From Erysipelotrichaceae bacterium (GTDB lineage: Bacteria; Bacillota_I; Bacilli_A; Erysipelotrichales; Erysipelotrichaceae), in NCBI GenBank assembly GCA_017419065.1, contig JAFOMB010000212.1, forward strand, positions 1-34,746: a stretch of DNA of 34,746 bases, read 5' to 3'. Positions 31,964-34,746 of the stretch are shown here, piece by piece. The notes beneath the pieces are model-generated. The model ran no database searches. It was not told where the DNA came from and saw only the letters and a list, made by a program, of their open reading frames with translations. A program made the translations under genes and the position numbers. Each line of letters begins with the position of its first letter. Positions within the stretch are counted from its first letter, which is position 1.

Positions 31964-32512
31964 CTATAATGATCTGATCACTCTGGCAGGAGATCCCATG
32001 GCCAATACCTTGGAAGGGATATCCCTGCTGACGAGACTTCCGGCAGCGATGACGCTGTCATCTCCGATCGTCACACCCGGTAAGATGATAGACCCGGCTC
32101 CGATGAAGACGTTGTTTCCGATATGAATGGGCTTGTTGAACTGCAGGCCTTTTCTTCGCTCTTCGGGATCCAGAGGATGGGTCGCGGTCGTGATCGTGAC
32201 ATTGGGACCGATCAGGGTATTGTCTCCTATTTCGATATAGGTATCATCGACCAGGGTCAGAAGGAAGTTGATGTAGACGTTCTTGCCGATACTGACATAT
32301 TTTCCTGCCCAGTTGGCATAGAAGGGCGCTTCTATAAAGGAACCTTCTCCGAAGGAAGAGAACATCTGCCTGCAGAGTTCTTCTCTTTTTTCTTCTTCCA
32401 GACGGGAGAGGGAATTGAAGGCGCAGAGAAGGGCATTCCTTTCTCTCTGTTCTCTCTGTAAGGAAGCTTCATTGGGATCGTAGATCTCCTGGGTATGGAG
32501 AACTTCGGTCAT
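31964..32512 (-). CDS. maa: Maltose/galactoside O-acetyltransferase (hexapeptide-repeat, Mac N-terminal domain)
   Basis: The call rests on NWAGKYVSIGKNVYINF..., IGDNTLIGPNVTI, IHIGNNVFIGAGSIILPGVTIGDDSVIAAGSLV and an N-terminal Mac-type helix. I prefer ATG 32512 (GAGGTGG 5 nt upstream, ATGA overlap with the upstream stop) over GTG 32521. Confidence 0.85.
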   Translation of the reverse strand: MTEVLHTQEIYDPNEASLQREQRERNALLCAFNSLSRLEEEKREELCRQMFSSFGEGSFIEAPFYANWAGKYVSIGKNVYINFLLTLVDDTYIEIGDNTLIGPNVTITTATHPLDPEERRKGLQFNKPIHIGNNVFIGAGSIILPGVTIGDDSVIAAGSLVSRDIPSKVLAMGSPARVIRSL

Positions 32513-32940
32513 AGCCACCACCTCTTCTTCGACTTGCGCAAGGGAACACCTAACAGATTGGCGTCGAATCCCTTCAGGATGGCCTCATAGTCACCCAGCT
32601 CATAGTTCTCCTTCGGATAGGTCTCATTCCAGATCTTCTGCAGCTCCTTCGCGAACTCTTCTGCCGCTCCTCCATAAGCCCTGGCAGCAGGGGAGAAATA
32701 AAGGGCCAGGACCTGCTTGTCCTGATAGACAGCTTCTCTCCTGTCTCCCCTGGAAAGTTCGCTGTAATGGGCCTCAAATGAGCTCAGGACGTCTTCTGCG
32801 CTTTCTCCTTCCTCTTCTTCCAGAGACCCGAAGAAGGGGACACATTTCTTGGAGAATTCCTGAAAGTCCTCCGGATAGTGGTCATAGTCAAAACGGGAGA
32901 GCAGGGAACGGGAATCTTCGATCAGTTCATAGAGATCCAT
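32509..32940 (-). CDS. Hypothetical acidic cytoplasmic protein, 143 aa
   Basis: It starts at ATG 32940 (MDLYELIEDSR) with AAGGAG 7 nt upstream. It has no TM segment or signal peptide, and I recognise no family. The track start at 33027 lacks an RBS. Confidence 0.55.
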   Translation of the reverse strand: MDLYELIEDSRSLLSRFDYDHYPEDFQEFSKKCVPFFGSLEEEEGESAEDVLSSFEAHYSELSRGDRREAVYQDKQVLALYFSPAARAYGGAAEEFAKELQKIWNETYPKENYELGDYEAILKGFDANLLGVPLRKSKKRWWL

Positions 32941-33063
32941 GGGCTGGCTCCTTTCTCTATATCCATTATAATCGAATCCTGTGCATACCCAAAGAAAGGG
33001 CTGTTCAAGGAATGACACTAGTGTCACAATATTTTGAACATTCTCACGTTTAAGTCATATCAA

Positions 33064-33091
33064 TTGAAACCGCATACATTTGTGATAGAAT
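33064..33091 (+). promoter_or_regulatory. mgl promoter (TTGAAA-N16-TGaTAGAAT, extended -10)
   Basis: The hexamers were read at 33064-33069 and 33086-33091, with TG at 33083-33084. Confidence 0.55.
33065..33078. promoter_or_regulatory. cre-like catabolite-responsive element
   Basis: TGAAACCGCATACA matches the cre consensus TGWAANCGNTNWCA at 13 of 14 positions. It overlaps the -35 and spacer of the mgl promoter. Confidence 0.45.
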
Positions 33092-33149
33092 TGTGTATGG
33101 GTTCCCAAGGGAGTCCAGGATAATCATTGATTTGGAGGAAGAAAAAACA

Positions 33150-34277
33150 ATGAAAAAACTTATCGCACTTCTTCTTGCCATCCTCATGGTATTCTCTCTG
33201 GCAGGATGCGGTTCCAAGGAACCGACACCTTCCGGCGGAGAAGAGGAACCGGCAGAAACAAAAGTCGCCGTCTTCTGGTATGCATTCTCTGATGCGTATC
33301 TGTCCACAGTCCGTTCCGCTCTCGATGCTGACTTAGAAAAGGCCGGTATCACTTATCAGGATTTCGATTCCAACAACAACCAGGGCACTCAGCTTGAACA
33401 GGTCCAGACTGCTGTTACGAACGGTTTCAACATCTTAGTTGTCAACCTCGTCACTTCCGGTTCTGCCGATGCTGCTCAGCAGATCCTCGCTGCTGCCGGC
33501 GATATCCCGGTCATCTTCTTCAACAGAGCTGTTGAAGGCGACGGCGAAGAAGGCACAGTCCTCAAGGGCAACGGCAACATCGCCTTCATCGGTACTGATG
33601 CTCCGGAAGCAGGCCACATGCAGGGTAAGATGATCGGTGAATTCTTAGTCAACAACTATGAAGCTACTGACTTAAACGGCGACGGCCAGATCTCCTATGC
33701 TATGTTCATGGGTGACGCTGCCAACGTCGAAGCTATCTACCGTACACAGTATGGTGTTGAAGATGCCAACGCTGTCTTAACAGCTGCCGGCAAGCCGGAA
33801 CTGGTTTACTTCAACGCTGCCAACACTGACAAGTATCAGTTAGACCCGAACGGCGCCTGGTCCAACGCTGCTGCCAACGACTTCATGAACACCAACTTAG
33901 CTGAATACTCCGAAGCTAACGGCAACATGATCGAACTGGTCATCGCCAACAACGATGATATGGCCTTAGGTGCTATTGCTTCCTTACAGTCTGCAGGCTA
34001 CAACCTCGGTGACGGTACGAGCACAAAGATCCCGGTATTCGGTGTCGATGCTACTCAGCCGGCTCAGGACGCTATCGCTGCTGATACTATGACAGGTACT
34101 GTCAAGCAGGATGCTGAAGGTATGGCTAACGCTATCTGCACAACAGTTGCTGCTGTTGCAGGTGGTACTTCTGTTGTTGACGCCTGCAAGCAGGTCGTCG
34201 ATTCCAACTCCATCTTCAGTTTAGCTGAAGGTTTCGACAACAAGGTGTTCGTTGCTTACGCTCCGTTCACGAAGTAA
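33150..34277 (+). CDS. mglB: Galactose/glucose ABC transporter substrate-binding lipoprotein (MglB-like)
   Basis: It starts at ATG 33150 (GGAGG at 33134-33138). The lipobox is [38 protein letters not shown] (compare the MglB Ca loop DLNKDGQIQF), [14 protein letters not shown] and IPVFGVDA parallel E. coli MglB. Confidence 0.8.
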   Translation: MKKLIALLLAILMVFSLAGCGSKEPTPSGGEEEPAETKVAVFWYAFSDAYLSTVRSALDADLEKAGITYQDFDSNNNQGTQLEQVQTAVTNGFNILVVNLVTSGSADAAQQILAAAGDIPVIFFNRAVEGDGEEGTVLKGNGNIAFIGTDAPEAGHMQGKMIGEFLVNNYEATDLNGDGQISYAMFMGDAANVEAIYRTQYGVEDANAVLTAAGKPELVYFNAANTDKYQLDPNGAWSNAAANDFMNTNLAEYSEANGNMIELVIANNDDMALGAIASLQSAGYNLGDGTSTKIPVFGVDATQPAQDAIAADTMTGTVKQDAEGMANAICTTVAAVAGGTSVVDACKQVVDSNSIFSLAEGFDNKVFVAYAPFTK

Positions 34278-34300
34278 ACTTTACTAATCATCATGCAATA

Positions 34301-34323
34301 AGGGCAGCCGCCTCGGCTGCCCT
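34301..34323 (+). other. Intercistronic GC-rich stem-loop between mglB and mglA
   Basis: AGGGCAGCCG-cct-CGGCTGCCCT forms a 10-bp perfect stem with only a weak T tract after it. Confidence 0.6.
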
Positions 34324-34360
34324 TCTTTCCATCCATTACCCTTTTAAAGGAGGTATTCCT

Positions 34361-34746
34361 ATGGCAGAAGACATCCTCTTGAGGATGAGTGATATCACCA
34401 AGGTGTTCCCGGGTGTCAGAGCGCTTGACAAGGTCTCTTTGGAAGTGGAAGCCGGAACGGTACACGCTTTGATGGGAGAAAACGGCGCCGGAAAGTCCAC
34501 GCTGATGAAATGCCTTTTCGGCATCTATCACAAGGATGAGGGACACATTTATTTAGAGGGCAGGGAAGTTGATTTCCAGAATTCCAAGGAAGCTCTGGAA
34601 AACGGGGTGGCCATGGTCCACCAGGAACTCAACCAGGCTCTCAAACGTTCCGTCATGGACAATCTCTGGCTGGGGCGTTATCCGATCAAAGCGGGCATCG
34701 TCGTCGATGAAAAGAAGATGTACGACGATACCGTGGCAGTCTTTAA
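34361..34746 (+). CDS. mglA: Galactose/methyl-galactoside ABC transporter ATP-binding protein, N-terminal part (runs off window)
   Basis: It is not in the ORF track because no stop lies within the window. My hand translation is [61 protein letters not shown]...[31 protein letters not shown], nearly colinear with E. coli MglA. An AGGAGG lies 7-8 nt upstream. Confidence 0.9.
   Translation, partial: MAEDILLRMSDITKVFPGVRALDKVSLEVEAGTVHALMGENGAGKSTLMKCLFGIYHKDEGHIYLEGREVDFQNSKEALENGVAMVHQELNQALKRSVMDNLWLGRYPIKAGIVVDEKKMYDDTVAVF

Overview
All calls below rest on motif recognition and hand-counted coordinates; no database search was run. This is a chromosomal, housekeeping-rich segment of a Firmicute. 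Gene order and protein types suggest an Erysipelotrichia- or Clostridia-like lineage, with low confidence on taxon. I found no tRNA, rRNA, CRISPR array, IS element or prophage genes.

Layout, in order:
(1) 1-9060: a conserved backbone, trmFO(partial)-xerC, then rpsB-tsf-pyrH-frr-uppS-cdsA-dxr-rseP and a small export-family membrane protein, followed by galE.
(2) 10.1-15.3 kb: a self-contained four-gene cell-envelope operon with its own consensus promoter and terminator. It encodes a Phd/YefM-like small protein, a bitopic membrane protein, a 973-aa glucosaminidase with three CWB2 wall-binding repeats, and a sugar-transfer-type ATP-grasp enzyme.
(3) 15.4-22.4 kb: a redox block of pyruvate:ferredoxin oxidoreductase, then rex overlapping adhE.
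(4) 22.4-26.8 kb: a uridine-phosphorylase-like gene (minus strand), an orphan HMA metallochaperone-like gene, then feoA-feoA-feoB plus a 55-codon Cys-rich membrane ORF that is missing from the supplied ORF track. The feo promoter carries three TTAG-N6-CTAA palindromes.
(5) 26.8-30.7 kb: a translationally coupled string of a flippase-like membrane protein, a GT4 glycosyltransferase fused in frame to a complete RecX, and the exonuclease YhaM.
(6) rplK-rplA; a convergent maa acetyltransferase plus an acidic hypothetical protein (minus strand); then the start of an mglB-mglA sugar ABC transporter with a cre-like site on its promoter.

Many junctions are ATGA, TAATG or 8-nt overlaps, which indicates tight translational coupling. 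The most unusual items are the GT4::RecX fusion inside the coupled membrane/nucleic-acid gene string, the antitoxin-like gene coupled to a membrane protein at the head of the autolysin operon, and the non-Fur operator array on feo. The many long antisense ORFs in the track look like shadow frames of the real genes.
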